From Trichoplax sp. H2 (Eukaryota), in NCBI GenBank assembly GCA_003344405.1, contig NOWV01000319.1, positions 1-49,080 of the forward strand: a stretch of DNA of 49,080 bases, in the 5' to 3' direction. How positions within the stretch are numbered: the stretch's first letter is position 1; every line of letters starts with the position of its first letter. Shown here piece after piece: positions 1 through 11,879 of the stretch. Position numbers and translations under genes: made by a program. The notes beneath the pieces were generated by a model, which had not been told where the DNA came from, made no database searches, and saw only the letters and a list, made by a program, of their open reading frames with translations.

Positions 1-108
1 TGTATATAGTCATCTGCACTCTAGCATAGAGTCTCTACCACTACAGTCTATAGTTACAGCTACCAAATATCTCTTAGGATAAATATCTACCGTACATTAT
101 ACTACACA
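1..108 (-). repeat. Partial inverted copy of LTR family A at the window edge
   Basis: Reverse complement of ~720-828. Confidence 0.85.
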
Positions 109-109
109 T

Positions 110-711
110 GCCGTTAACATGGCTTGCTCATATGCGTAATGATAACCAGCGGTTAGTGCGTTGGTCTATGTTTTTGTCGCAGTTTAAGATTAATATTAGA
201 CATAGACCTGGTAAAAGTAATGGCAATGCAGACGTATTATCTAGACTAGTAATGGATAATTGATTATTTGGCCTGCGTGCCGGGAAAAATTTTGTTAGCT
301 TGTTATTTTGTAGAATTTTGTAGTAGTACAAAATTCTAGGCGGACGAATGTAATGTAACTTAGTATTGTGATTGTAGANNNNNNNNNNNNNNNNNNNNAT
401 TTACTTAGATGGTCGAGTGTTTGTTTTACAAACTGACCATAAGCCGTTAATATGGCTTGCTCATATGTGTAACGATAACCAGCGGTTAATGCGTTGGTCT
501 ATGTTTTTGTCGCAGTTTAAGATTAATATTAGACATAGACCTGGTAAAAGTAATGGCAATGCAGACGTATTATCTAGACTAGTAATGGATAATTGATTAT
601 TTGGCCTGCGTGCCGGGAAAAATTTTGTTAGCTTGTTATTTTGTAGAATTTTGTAGTAGTACAAAATTCTAGGCGGACGAATGTAATGTAACTTAGTATT
701 GTGATTGTAGA
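110..711. repeat. ~269-bp direct duplication (110-378 and 443-711) spanning an N gap
   Basis: Two near-identical copies offset by 333 bp with a few mismatches near their 5' end; likely allelic or assembly overlap. Confidence 0.85.
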
Positions 712-1231
712 CTGTTAGCCATGTTTAGTATAATGTACGGTAGATATTTATCCTAAGAGATATTTGGTAGCTGTAACTATAGACTGTAGTGGTAGAGACT
801 CTATGCTAGAGTGCAGATGACTATATACAGTAAGCTGTTGAGTTACTAATATGGCTGTAGGTAAAAATAGAACTGTAAATCATATATTAGGATATGGTTA
901 ATTCATTGTACTTTGGCTGGTGTGAATGATGCCTACGTAAGTACTGTAGTCGTATCCATATTGGATTAATGATGGTCCGCAGTAGAATAGTGTTACTAAG
1001 AATAATTTAACTATGTGTAAAATAAGGTAAAAGGTTGCCATGCGGATTGTAGCTGCGAATGCTACAGAAAGTATAAAAGCATGCAACTTTAGATTATTCT
1101 GTTAGTTCGTTTTAGAAGTCTTTAGTAATAGTATTCGGCTAGAGTAGAGCTGTGTAGTTGATCTTTGTATAAGATTCAATAAAACCCTTATTTTTCTAAA
1201 ATTTGGAATTTTGTGATTGGTATATATCACA
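682..1231 (+). mobile_element. LTR family A copy 1 (possible 3' LTR of a retrotransposon remnant)
   Basis: TGTAATG...ATATCACA, ~550 bp, with AATAAA near the right end. No TSD. Preceded by purine-rich aggcggacgaa (PPT-like). Near-identical to the copies at 1434, 27709 and 48310. Confidence 0.8.
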
Positions 1232-1433
1232 CGGGTGCATAAAGTATTCATATCTCGCAATAGTTGACGCATTCTTAAGCTCAGCTTTAACGCTAAAGAT
1301 AAAATTTAGCAGATATAAATTTTTTAACCGGATAATTATATTATGATTCAACTACTTAAACCCTATTAGAATAGAAGTAATTTTTAAAATTCATTTTATT
1401 AATCCTCATAGTGTTTAACTCATTGTTACATTT

Positions 1434-1980
1434 TGTGATATACCAATCACGAAATTCCAAATTTTAGAAAAATAAGGGCTTTATTGAATCTTATACAAAG
1501 ATTAACTACACAGCTCTACTTTAACCGAATACTACTTCTAAAGACTTCTACAACGAACTAACAGAATAATCTAAAGTTGCATGCTTTTATACTTTCTGTA
1601 GCATTCGCAGCTACAATCCGCATGGCAACCTTTTACCTTTTATTACACATAGTTAAATTATTCTTAGTAACACTATTCTACTGCGGACCATCATTAATCC
1701 GATATGGATACGACTACAGTACTTACGTAGACATTATTCACACCAGCCAAAGTACAATGAATTAACCATATCCTAATACATGATTTACAGTTCTATTTTT
1801 ACCTATAGCCTTTTTAGTAACTCAACACCTTACAGCATATAGTCATCTGTACTCTAGCATAGAGTCTCTATCACTACAGTCTATAGTTATAGCTACCAAA
1901 TATCTCTTAGGATAAATATCTACCGTACATTATACTAAACATGGCTAACAGTCTAAAATCACAATGCTAGTTACATTACA
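1434..1980 (-). mobile_element. Solo LTR family A copy 2
   Basis: TGTGATA...ATTACA on +; flanks CATTT/TATTT (4/5 TSD match); inverted relative to copy 1. Confidence 0.85.
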
Positions 1981-2411
1981 TATTTATAAACCGTAAAATT
2001 AATACCGTATCAGCTTTCAACCGTTTTGTAAATCTCTGTAAATATAATATTTCCGGCTAGGCATTCTTAATGTACTAAAAGACTCGATGGCTACTAATAT
2101 TAGCGATAGACCTTCATTTAAAAGCATTAAATCTAGAGGATATTGGATGTTCATTAGTTACAACTGTTTACCGTGGGTGCGGCTATATTTTCAATTTACT
2201 CGCTTTGTGAAGCATTTCGTGATTGGTCGAAAAGGAATACGTTACCAATTAGAGGACTCAGTAAAACACCTGGCGCCATAATAAAATTCTTGATATGCCA
2301 TTGGGTTAATTGTTTAATCAAGAATGATGTTCCTTAGTAGTTAAAATTTCTATTTTATCTCACAATTACAGACACTAATGCGACGTAACTTAACTTAAAG
2401 AATAATTAATC

Positions 2412-3386
2412 ATGCTGAATGGAATCCTTCACGAAAATGATGCAGCTACGATTCTTGCTTGGACATTTGGGCTATTTGGTATAGTGGCTAACATCTATGT
2501 TATATTTTTGACCGTTCGAAGGTATATGTTGTATCACAAAACAGGCAAAAGCGGAATTATTTACACCTTTTTAATAGCTAATCTTGCTGTAGCTGATTTA
2601 TGTGGTTCATTCTACTGCGTTATCATTGCGGGTGCTGACTACTTTTACGGACGCTATCATAGCGACCTTTATATCTGCGAATTAAATAAAACATGTAACA
2701 ATTTAACAAATATTTGGCTTCTAAATTCTATGTGTTCTGTCGCCCGATTTGTATCTATCATAGCTATTTATGTGCCGACCTTCATCACATTAATTATTGC
2801 CATAGATCGTTATCGGGCTATTGTCTATCCATATAATTCGAAACGGCTTACAATGGCTCAAATTCGACGAACAACATCAATATCTTGGTTAATTGTAATA
2901 ATTTTTGCCATAATAGCCATAGTAAAATCATGGGAACTGCAAAAGCTCAATGAATTTGATGATTTTACTAATATGTGCCAATATGGAAATACCACGAATC
3001 AATTTTTTCAAATTATTGCGATTCTTACTTTTGTTATCATTATTAGCTGTTACTTATCCACAACCGTGCTTTACGCTAAAATCATTACCTACATGCGTCA
3101 AAATAGAAAAAATCTTGCTGCAATAGACAAAAGTTGCTTTAAGTCTAAAGTAAACGCCGAAAAACACGTTACTATCGTAACTTCAATCATAATACTAACA
3201 AATATGATAAGTTGGCTACCAGGACTCATTATCATGATCGCTAGTTACGTTGATAGTCCATTTACTCATACACCAATTGATCAATATTTATCTTTAGTTG
3301 GATTTTTGTGTTTGTTTATTAACTCAGCTCTCAATCCAATTCTATATCTTATATTTACTTCAACATTTTGTAAACGGTGTTGTTAA
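2412..3386 (+). CDS. Intronless rhodopsin-like (class A) GPCR, LGR/GRL101-like 7TM without ectodomain (paralog 1)
   Basis: 324-aa ORF with seven hydrophobic segments; motifs GIVAN (TM1), FLIANLAVADL (TM2), IAIDRY (TM3), SWLP (TM6), NSALNPILY (TM7). In-frame TAA 9 nt upstream of the ATG; candidate 5'-UTR acceptor ttacag at ~2371. Confidence 0.95.
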   Translation: MLNGILHENDAATILAWTFGLFGIVANIYVIFLTVRRYMLYHKTGKSGIIYTFLIANLAVADLCGSFYCVIIAGADYFYGRYHSDLYICELNKTCNNLTNIWLLNSMCSVARFVSIIAIYVPTFITLIIAIDRYRAIVYPYNSKRLTMAQIRRTTSISWLIVIIFAIIAIVKSWELQKLNEFDDFTNMCQYGNTTNQFFQIIAILTFVIIISCYLSTTVLYAKIITYMRQNRKNLAAIDKSCFKSKVNAEKHVTIVTSIIILTNMISWLPGLIIMIASYVDSPFTHTPIDQYLSLVGFLCLFINSALNPILYLIFTSTFCKRCC

Positions 3387-4049
3387 AATAGTTAGTATGC
3401 ATGATACTGTTCGCATAGATATCACAGATTCAAAGTTGAACACAATTTACAAATTAATCTAACTTATCTTTTCATAATATTCTGATTAGATTGCATCTAT
3501 CACATATAAATGTGACAGTATTCTACCCTCCACAATTTTAACTGATTCTCACAAAATAGGACAGAATCCATACGATTGGCTTATTTATCCGAATCTTAGC
3601 ACATTCAAATCTGATGTAATGCTCTAAAATATTTCGCTGTCGACTTATGTTAACGTACTAACTTTTCAGCTAGAGAAATATCATATATCGAGAAATTTCG
3701 TACAAGACGATTAACTGTAATACTAGTTTTAAACGGTACTATATTCATTGCAATATAACAATAAGTCTACGAACTTAATGCCAGTAACAACTGGTCTACT
3801 TTCATGTATAAAAGAGAATCCAAAGAGTTCTAATGTTTTGAGGCATTATAAAAGGAATAGTAAAGCGGTGAATAAATTATAATAAAATTGTCGCATTTTT
3901 TAGCCTAGCAGCTATTACAGTATCTTCTCTACCTTTATCATTCCTTCTCAAATGTTTATCGCCAGACTGTTGAATTTTTATTTAATAATTCGACTGTATT
4001 TCAACTAAAGTTTGTTACAATTTAATACATTCAAAGCACGAATGTTACA

Positions 4050-4407
4050 TGAGCAAGCAATTAACTAGATTAGAAGATCTAACTGTAGTACTTGCTGATT
4101 ACTTAAGGTACTCCGAATAAAGTTCTTAGATACACTTAAATCAATTAGGCATTTTTGTTCAGTTACAGCAACGAACTACTGTGAGAGATCACCTATAATT
4201 ACAGTGAGTATAACCGTGCCACATCCTTCTATACATACATATTAAATGAAGTTTTAATACCCTAACAAATCGATGTCTAGATAACTTGTACAGTATTAAG
4301 TTATGTGTCTGGCTTCAAGCTACACCGACGGTAACAACCGGGTGTTCGGGCTTTCAGTGATACACAGATTAAAGTAGTTTCTGTATAATAAACACAAAAT
4401 CAGAACA
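4050..4407 (+). repeat. Diverged repeat shared with ~7490-7712 (LTR-like remnant)
   Basis: Shared blocks agcaatta..aagatct, aaggtact.cga.taaagttct.agata, gcttcaagcta and gtgatac; both copies end in AACA. Confidence 0.6.
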
Positions 4408-5239
4408 TTCTTCATTATGAGCGTTTCAGTAAATTTTTACAAAAATAAAATACTTAGTACAGTATATTAACTTATCGAAATTCTAACATTGATGCCGCCT
4501 TAAAATGGCTACAATATATACAACGTATATAATCTAGAATTAGCTACTAGAATTGCCACAATCAATTATGCGATTTGATCTATTCTCATACAACTTAATG
4601 ACCTTAAAAATAGCTGCTTCCATTCTTACAGTCAAGTATGCAATTTATTCCCTACTCATATAGCGTAACGACCTTAAACATGAGCATTTATGGGAGCTAT
4701 GCTAATGTTACGATGGTCAAGAACAGAATTGGCTAAAGATCCATTAAAATTACAATACTGACCCAGTTATTCAATTAATTACGAACAATAACTCCTGCTT
4801 CGAGCCATTTAAAAATTTAATGTAGTAAGAAAGTAGATATCCAGCTTTTGCCTAAAGAAATCACAGTTACTAGCTAGCTGTGCACTATTTACAAAAATTA
4901 TTCCATTTCAGTCAATTTTAATAGTACAGAGGTCTCTAATAATCCAATTAAGACGGTTAATTGGTGATAAAAAATCGTACGTTAAATAATCTTTATGTAA
5001 TGAAATTGCTGTAGCCAGTAATAAAATTTTCTATAATAAATTTTTACTAGTTTTCTTAGGATAAAAAATATGTATTAAACCTAGCATGCCTAGCTAGAAA
5101 TGTCATATTTTTTCTTTCATACGCCAAATCTTCTTTCTCCTTTGAAACAGTTATAGCCGTCTTATAATTATTTATTTTCACTAATAACTTTAATGAATTA
5201 AGATAGAGTTGAAGTCCTTTGAAAGAAGATAATAATAAA

Positions 5240-6058
5240 CTCGATTTTTTGAAGGAAATAAAATTGCCATTATTCTTGCATTTTTGGAGTTGTTGGATTA
5301 ATAGCTAAGATTTATGTCGTATTGAAGTCATGTTAAGTCAATTTATTACTTCGCAAAAACAGCCAAATCCGTAAAGTTCATAAGTTTCTTATTGCAAATT
5401 TAGCTGTAGCCAATTTTTCAGGCATTATATTTAATAATTATAACCAGTGTTGATCATTATTATAGTACACAAACGTCATGATACCTTATACTTCTCGTCC
5501 TTTAACTATCAGTCGTGCGAGATTGACTTACAGGATACTTTGACTACTCGGAATATGTTTCGCTATTTTTGTTCTCATTCGATCGTAAAAATTTACTTTC
5601 CCAACATTAATGATTATTTCACCGCCTCTTGCTACTTCAAGGATATGGATTAGTTTATATTTCTAATCGTAGTAGGAATAGATTATACCTTATTATTTAT
5701 TTTTTTATTTATTGGGACTGTATTACTCTATATGTTAATTACAGTCCACATACATCCTATAAAAGATGCCCTTACCAGAGTTAATAATCTGAATGTTACC
5801 ACTCTTTACGAATCAGAACGATATCTTAGTTGCGTTACGGGATTTTTAGCTTTAACTAATCTACTCAATTAGCTACCTGGAGTTGTCATTTTCTTTCTGC
5901 ATAATACCAATTTATGCTATGCAAGACAAGCAGCAGATATGCACTTTAGTATCGTTGCTTTCATATTACTGTTTATGAATTCTGTAGTAAATCCGATTGG
6001 TTATTTAGGCTTAACTTTGAAAAAAATAAAATTATTGATCAGAAAAATTGGAAATTGA
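5240..6058 (+). pseudogene. Degraded GPCR paralog (frameshifts, stops, internal deletion)
   Basis: Manual translation gives FGVVGLIAKIYVVL (TM1), RKVHKFLIANLAVANF (TM2) and LYLIIITSVDHYY. After a deletion across ECL1/TM3-TM4 it continues CYFKDMD*, ERYLSCVTGFLALTNLLN*LPG (TM6) and LLFMNSVVNPIGY (TM7), ending at TGA 6056-6058. Boundaries are approximate. Confidence 0.88.
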
Positions 6059-9000
6059 AAGATTATTGACAGATTGTTGGTAAAACATGGGCATCAATAA
6101 CTCATTTATAATTTGTTTGAGAACTAACAAATTTAACTACTCAAAAATGTAATGCTAATATAAGAATTACCCGAAAGCATTCTAATGAAAAAGCAATTAA
6201 ATTAAATTTATTGTAATATGCTATTTTACAAGATTGCAACATGCTATATAATAATTAAGGTTTGGACTACGACGGATAAGCTACATTTAAATATATGTTT
6301 AATATCAATATATCTGATAAATCTCGACACTTAAAAACGAATGATAATCAAATTACTAGATATTAACTTCTTATTGGAATAATTAAAGCCTAACTATCTG
6401 TTTAAAGTAGGTACTAATCGGTGTATTCAACGCCAATATTATATTTTTGAAAATTCATTTATCATATCGCATTCCTGAATGATAATTCAATTTAAAATTA
6501 CTACATGGATTTAGTCTGCAATTCTTCATAAGGTGACTAATTTATATATGAGATAAGTTGCTAATGTAATGATGTACATATAACTGATCGTATTGATTGT
6601 TTAATTTGATATAGTTAAGTTTCTAATAATAGATATTATCGTGATGTTAATATTAGATGACTGCTATTTACTGTATTAGAAATTGTTGATTACTGTTATG
6701 AATTACTGTCTAGAGTTAATACTAGAAACCATATTGAAGGTTCGTACTACTCTCAATAAGCATACAGGCGAGAAATTCAACACGCAGTTGAGGTTATTTT
6801 AAAACTAACAACTAACTCTCTCTTTAATGTATTGAAAAACAGCGGCTTATATACGTGCGTTGTTCACACTTTTAACGCAATGTAATTGCAAGTTTGTGTA
6901 ATAGTAGATTCATTAGTGCACGCAGCACAATCTACAATTAACATGTAGAATTAACAAGTGTGGTATATCACATGTGTAGAATACTGTAAATAATCAATCT
7001 CGATTATTTTTATATAACCTGTGACAATAGCAAGTTTTTAAGGTCCTAAATTCAGGTAATATCGAATTAACGTAAACATACAATAGCAATCGAAATGTAT
7101 TAATGCTATATATAATACTACATCGTACTAAAAGTACAATATGATAAATGTGGCGGAGCGTACTACACAATAATTACCAATATCAGGGAGTTAATTAATC
7201 ATAAAATAATGGGAGATTTATGTAGCTTAGAGTACTATAATTGTGAAGATGTCATGCAGTTTTACAATATTAGACATTTATAGATGTGTAATAACATTTT
7301 TAACTAATTGATTCGTACTTTAAAGGATATTGATTATCTGCTTGATGAGAAGTCTGGTACGGTATTTGATGACTCAAGACTGATTATAGGCAAATTTACT
7401 ACGGTAAATAGATCGAACGAAATGAATTTAAAAACTATAAAGATGGGCTTAGGTTGTACTATAATTTAATATACTTGGTGCAGGTAAGAGCTAGCAATTA
7501 CCCAGATCTCAAGATCTTAATATCGTATTTAATGATTGCGCAAGGTACTTCGATTAAAGTTCTAAGATAAACCTACTATTAGGCGTCTTTATTCAGTTAT
7601 AGTAGTCCATTAAGTTGGGTGATTAGCTTCAAGCTATACCAATGGCAAAAACCGAAATTTCGGTGATACGCTGACTAAAGCAGCTTCAGGATAACAAATA
7701 CAAATTATAACAGACTGGACTTCTCTCTTTCGACTTAATGATACTTTAGATTAAATTTTTGTGATAGACAATTATTGTATCATGATTCTTAAACTCTGTA
7801 ATAAAATCCATTTTTCAATTTTATATATCTGAAACAATTACTTTGTTAGAATCAGACTAGATTGGATAGAATAGTTATCAGCTAAACTTATTATAACTCA
7901 TGTCCGTGTTTTAATTATAAGTAAATCATATAGTCCCTTGTCTTTGAAGATGCTACACCATATCATATCTAAGAAATTAAAAGCAGTTTCAACGCAATGT
8001 CACAGTATGAACTACCATGAGGAATTAAATGATTACTTTTAGTGAATTAACATCTATATATGGTGATAACTGTTAATAGCTTACAGTTAGAACCATGATA
8101 GTTATTATTTCTTACAGTAAATTATGCTTCACTGTAGTAAGAGTTCTTATATAGTAACTGATGTTAATTGATTACAGTGTTATGTCTTGTGACGCTCGTG
8201 ATTAATATCTTGAAGATATCCAAATATAGATAATACGCTATAAACTACTCTGTGAATGCATGTGATGTAGTCTAATTATCTAAAACTGTTTGGTATATTT
8301 TTACGATCATAAATATCTCTGTATTGATTTAGCTATCCCATATGAATTAAATTTCATAATATTATGATGACTCATTCACTCTACCTGCTATCGAAGGGTA
8401 TTAAAGCTCGGCGGATAGCTGAATAAAATCGGAATTCTCTAGTCGCTTAACGTCGAAGCAAAGGCGTCCAAATTCTTATGAGATAGTTAAGAGATACTGA
8501 ATCCCGGAGACTTAAGAAATTTCGAGATTTGTTTTACGTTATTCTTGTCACGAAGCTGGTTTGTGGATGCACTAACTCCCAAGTTACACTATAATTCTGT
8601 AAGTCGTGGGTACATGAGTTATAGATCAAGGCAACAACAACAATAGAACTATACCAGACTGAATTTCTATCATTAATACTGATGTGGGAGTACAAAAATG
8701 TTCTGGCTGATTAAAAAATCAAAATCAAGCTAGTATTAATTATTTATTAAGGAATGTGCAAGGACATTCTACAGATCATATCGATTTTTAAATTAGAAAT
8801 ATTTGCCGTTATTGATTAATTTTATTAACCTTAGTTTCCAATATGTCATCCGCATTCAGGCAATTTTATATCAAGCACGCTTATCTTATATTTTATCAAT
8901 ACTATTGTATTGTTAACCTACAAAGTTAATGGGTAATATCCGAAATAAATTTTAATAAACGTGGTCTGATGCATAGAATAATTTATACTTAATTTAAATA

Positions 9001-10895
9001 TTTCTAATTAGATCAGATATTTACGATTAAATTTTAGTTAATTAAATTACACTTTCTAATACCGAACCGAAAGTAATTGACTGTATCGTCCATTTATCAC
9101 CAGATATTTTTGTCATACCTGCGACGCAAAAAGCAAAGTTCATACATTTTAATGTTTTTATATCGCAAACTTTAGTGCTTGAGCTCTTTGCAGATTACTC
9201 AATTATCCATCTATATTTCTAAGTGAAGAAAGATTCTGATAACTAAAATTTTTCAAACTTTTGGATCTATCTTAATTTCGTACAGTAATAGTTGGATCTC
9301 TGATAACGAAATAAATTAATGAATTTAATTAGAATGATACTATTCGTAATTCGATATTAGATATTCGAACTAAAACATTTAATATTTGGTTTGGATATCA
9401 CCTATTGCTGTATTTCAGCTAGTAAAGGCAAACGCAGTTGTAGGATTTAGCAAAACGTTTACACCTTTGTATCAGCATTCATTAAAATTTATATTAGAGA
9501 TAACGGATGTGAATAACTTTAAACTATAAAAGTTTACGATCTAACTAATTATAGTTCAATAGAAACCGAAACATACTATAGCATGATCTATTGTACGGAC
9601 CTAGCCGATGATTACGAATGCGGCATACAAGTACTTTATTTCAGACTGTGTATAAAATTCAAGCGAAAACTTTCGCTGTATTTAAACCTGGCTTAGAAAT
9701 CTTTAAAAATTAGATTTAATTATAGCAATAATATTTTAGTTCCTTGCATATTAAAATATTAATGGACTTTATTCTTTATTTCACGAAAGTTTTAAATGGT
9801 AACGTAGGGACAGTCTTTTATAAGTCGTCTTTCTTAGCAAGACAAAGAAATAGGTAATTAAATTTAGTATGCAATCTAGAAATATTACTAGCACAGTAAA
9901 ATACATACCATTTATGTATTCCATTCTAGAGAAATAGTTGAATAACTTATTAGTTAAAGACATTATGAGTATTTCATTTTATTGATTTCAAAATTTAATT
10001 TATGCCTTATTCTGCAAATAGCAAATAAATATGTTTTAGAGTATGAACACTAAATAAGTAGATTAAAATAGTTTTCTGATTCTTTCGTTAATTGATCCTA
10101 TATCTTTCATCAAATTTCTGTTTTTGATCGTCAATAACCTAGAAGTTGGAATAAATCAAATAAATTTGCATAAAAGTTACATGTAATATATAATAGTTAC
10201 TAACTTAAATTTTAATATATGTATCTGTCAAATAATTGTAATAACTAATTTATTTCCCCATATATGTTAATGTTTGAAGTATTATTTGTTGCGTTATTAA
10301 TCTATATATTCGATAGACTTTCTTGTTGTTTAAATTAAATTATTGTCAATAACTTTTTAATTTTCATTCATTATTTATACCATTTTCCTATGCAAATAAT
10401 AATAACGGTAAGGCAATTAATTATATTATTATTCACCTTCGTTCTATAAATGGTTAAATTTTAGTCAATTCATTTTCCACTTTACAATCTCACTCTACCT
10501 TCATTGCCAATTTATGTTGTACTGTATCAAGGCTGTTTCTGGGTAAAAATTTTGATGAGATAGTCAAATGGTATGAGCTGTGTATACGTACTTTTATAGA
10601 CGAACAATTTAATAGTATATAGCGAAAGGGCGGTCAGCTTAACCAGGTTGCCATAAAAACTTCATATATTGATCGTTATTCTATCTTATATTGACGTCTG
10701 TGTCATGGTAACTGTGATTTAATCTAAGAACCTTACTTTAATTATATTACAACTTTACAATATTTAATATTATTGCCTTAACACTGACGTGGCTGAATAT
10801 ATTTTTACTAAGTTTGAATTCATTTCATCGATATCAAGGACCAATAGAACATTGGTTAAGCATAAAAGAACCGAAATAACGTGAGTTAAAAAATT

Positions 10896-11879
10896 ATGTG
10901 GCACGCTATATTTCATGATAATGTGGTAGCATTAATTATCTCTTGGGCTTTTGGAATTGCTGGTATCTTAGCTAATATCTATGTCATAATCAATAGTGTT
11001 CGAGATTGTACGCAAAAGCACCGTCGAACAACGAGTAAAATTCACGCTTTCCTAATAGCAAATTTGGCTGCTTGTGACCTTTGTGGTGCAAGCTATTTAG
11101 CAACAATAGCTAGCGCTGATATTTACTACACAAAATATCACTGTTCAATATTTTCTTGTGGAATCAATGGTTCTTGTAACAATGTGACTAACATCTGGTT
11201 AATAAGTCCTTCTTGCTATTTTGCGCGGTTTATTTCTAATTTATCTGTCTTTATGTCTGCTATGATTACATTAATAATAGCAGCAGATCGTTCCGTAAAT
11301 ATTATAGCACCACATAGTAAGCATCATATTACTTTGGCAAATATAAAAAAAGCCGTCGCATTTTGTTGGACTTTAGGCCTTAGTGTTAGCACTACAGTGG
11401 TGATACAATCAGTATTTATAATAAATCCATATAGTTTCAGTGACTTTAGTATGTTGTGCAGTTCTAGCGATATCAATACCCTCTTTTTTAGAATTTACGC
11501 CGCTATATCATTTATATTTATAGTATTTTCATATACATCTACATTGATTCTTTATTTCTGGATATTTAACCATTTGCGTAATGTGCAGCGGAAGCTAACT
11601 TGCATAAGTCGTATAGCTGTTGGCGCTCGAGTTGGTATTGAAAGAAGAGTAGGTATCGTGACTGCGTTTTTGGCAACTACAAGTGGTGTTATCTGGTTGC
11701 CATTACTAATATTATTTATGCTGGAAATTTCTGACGTTCAATTCGGAGACCCAAAACTTCTTAGCCAACTCACAATTATCAGTTTTTTATTGGTTTTTGC
11801 TAATGCATCAGCTAATCCAATAAGTTATACTCTTTTAACAACCAAGAATTTACAGCGCAATAGCAAGAGATGGGTATAA
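10896..11879 (+). CDS. Intronless class A GPCR, LGR-like 7TM (paralog 2)
   Basis: 327-aa ORF; GILAN, HAFLIANLAACDL, AADRS (DRY variant), IWLP, NASANPISY; in-frame TAA 9 nt upstream of the ATG. Confidence 0.95.
   Translation: MWHAIFHDNVVALIISWAFGIAGILANIYVIINSVRDCTQKHRRTTSKIHAFLIANLAACDLCGASYLATIASADIYYTKYHCSIFSCGINGSCNNVTNIWLISPSCYFARFISNLSVFMSAMITLIIAADRSVNIIAPHSKHHITLANIKKAVAFCWTLGLSVSTTVVIQSVFIINPYSFSDFSMLCSSSDINTLFFRIYAAISFIFIVFSYTSTLILYFWIFNHLRNVQRKLTCISRIAVGARVGIERRVGIVTAFLATTSGVIWLPLLILFMLEISDVQFGDPKLLSQLTIISFLLVFANASANPISYTLLTTKNLQRNSKRWV

Noticed and set aside
128..664. Duplicated 67-aa ORFs MYYYKILQ...
   Set aside because: Non-ATG starts inside the gap-flanking duplication; no recognisable domain.
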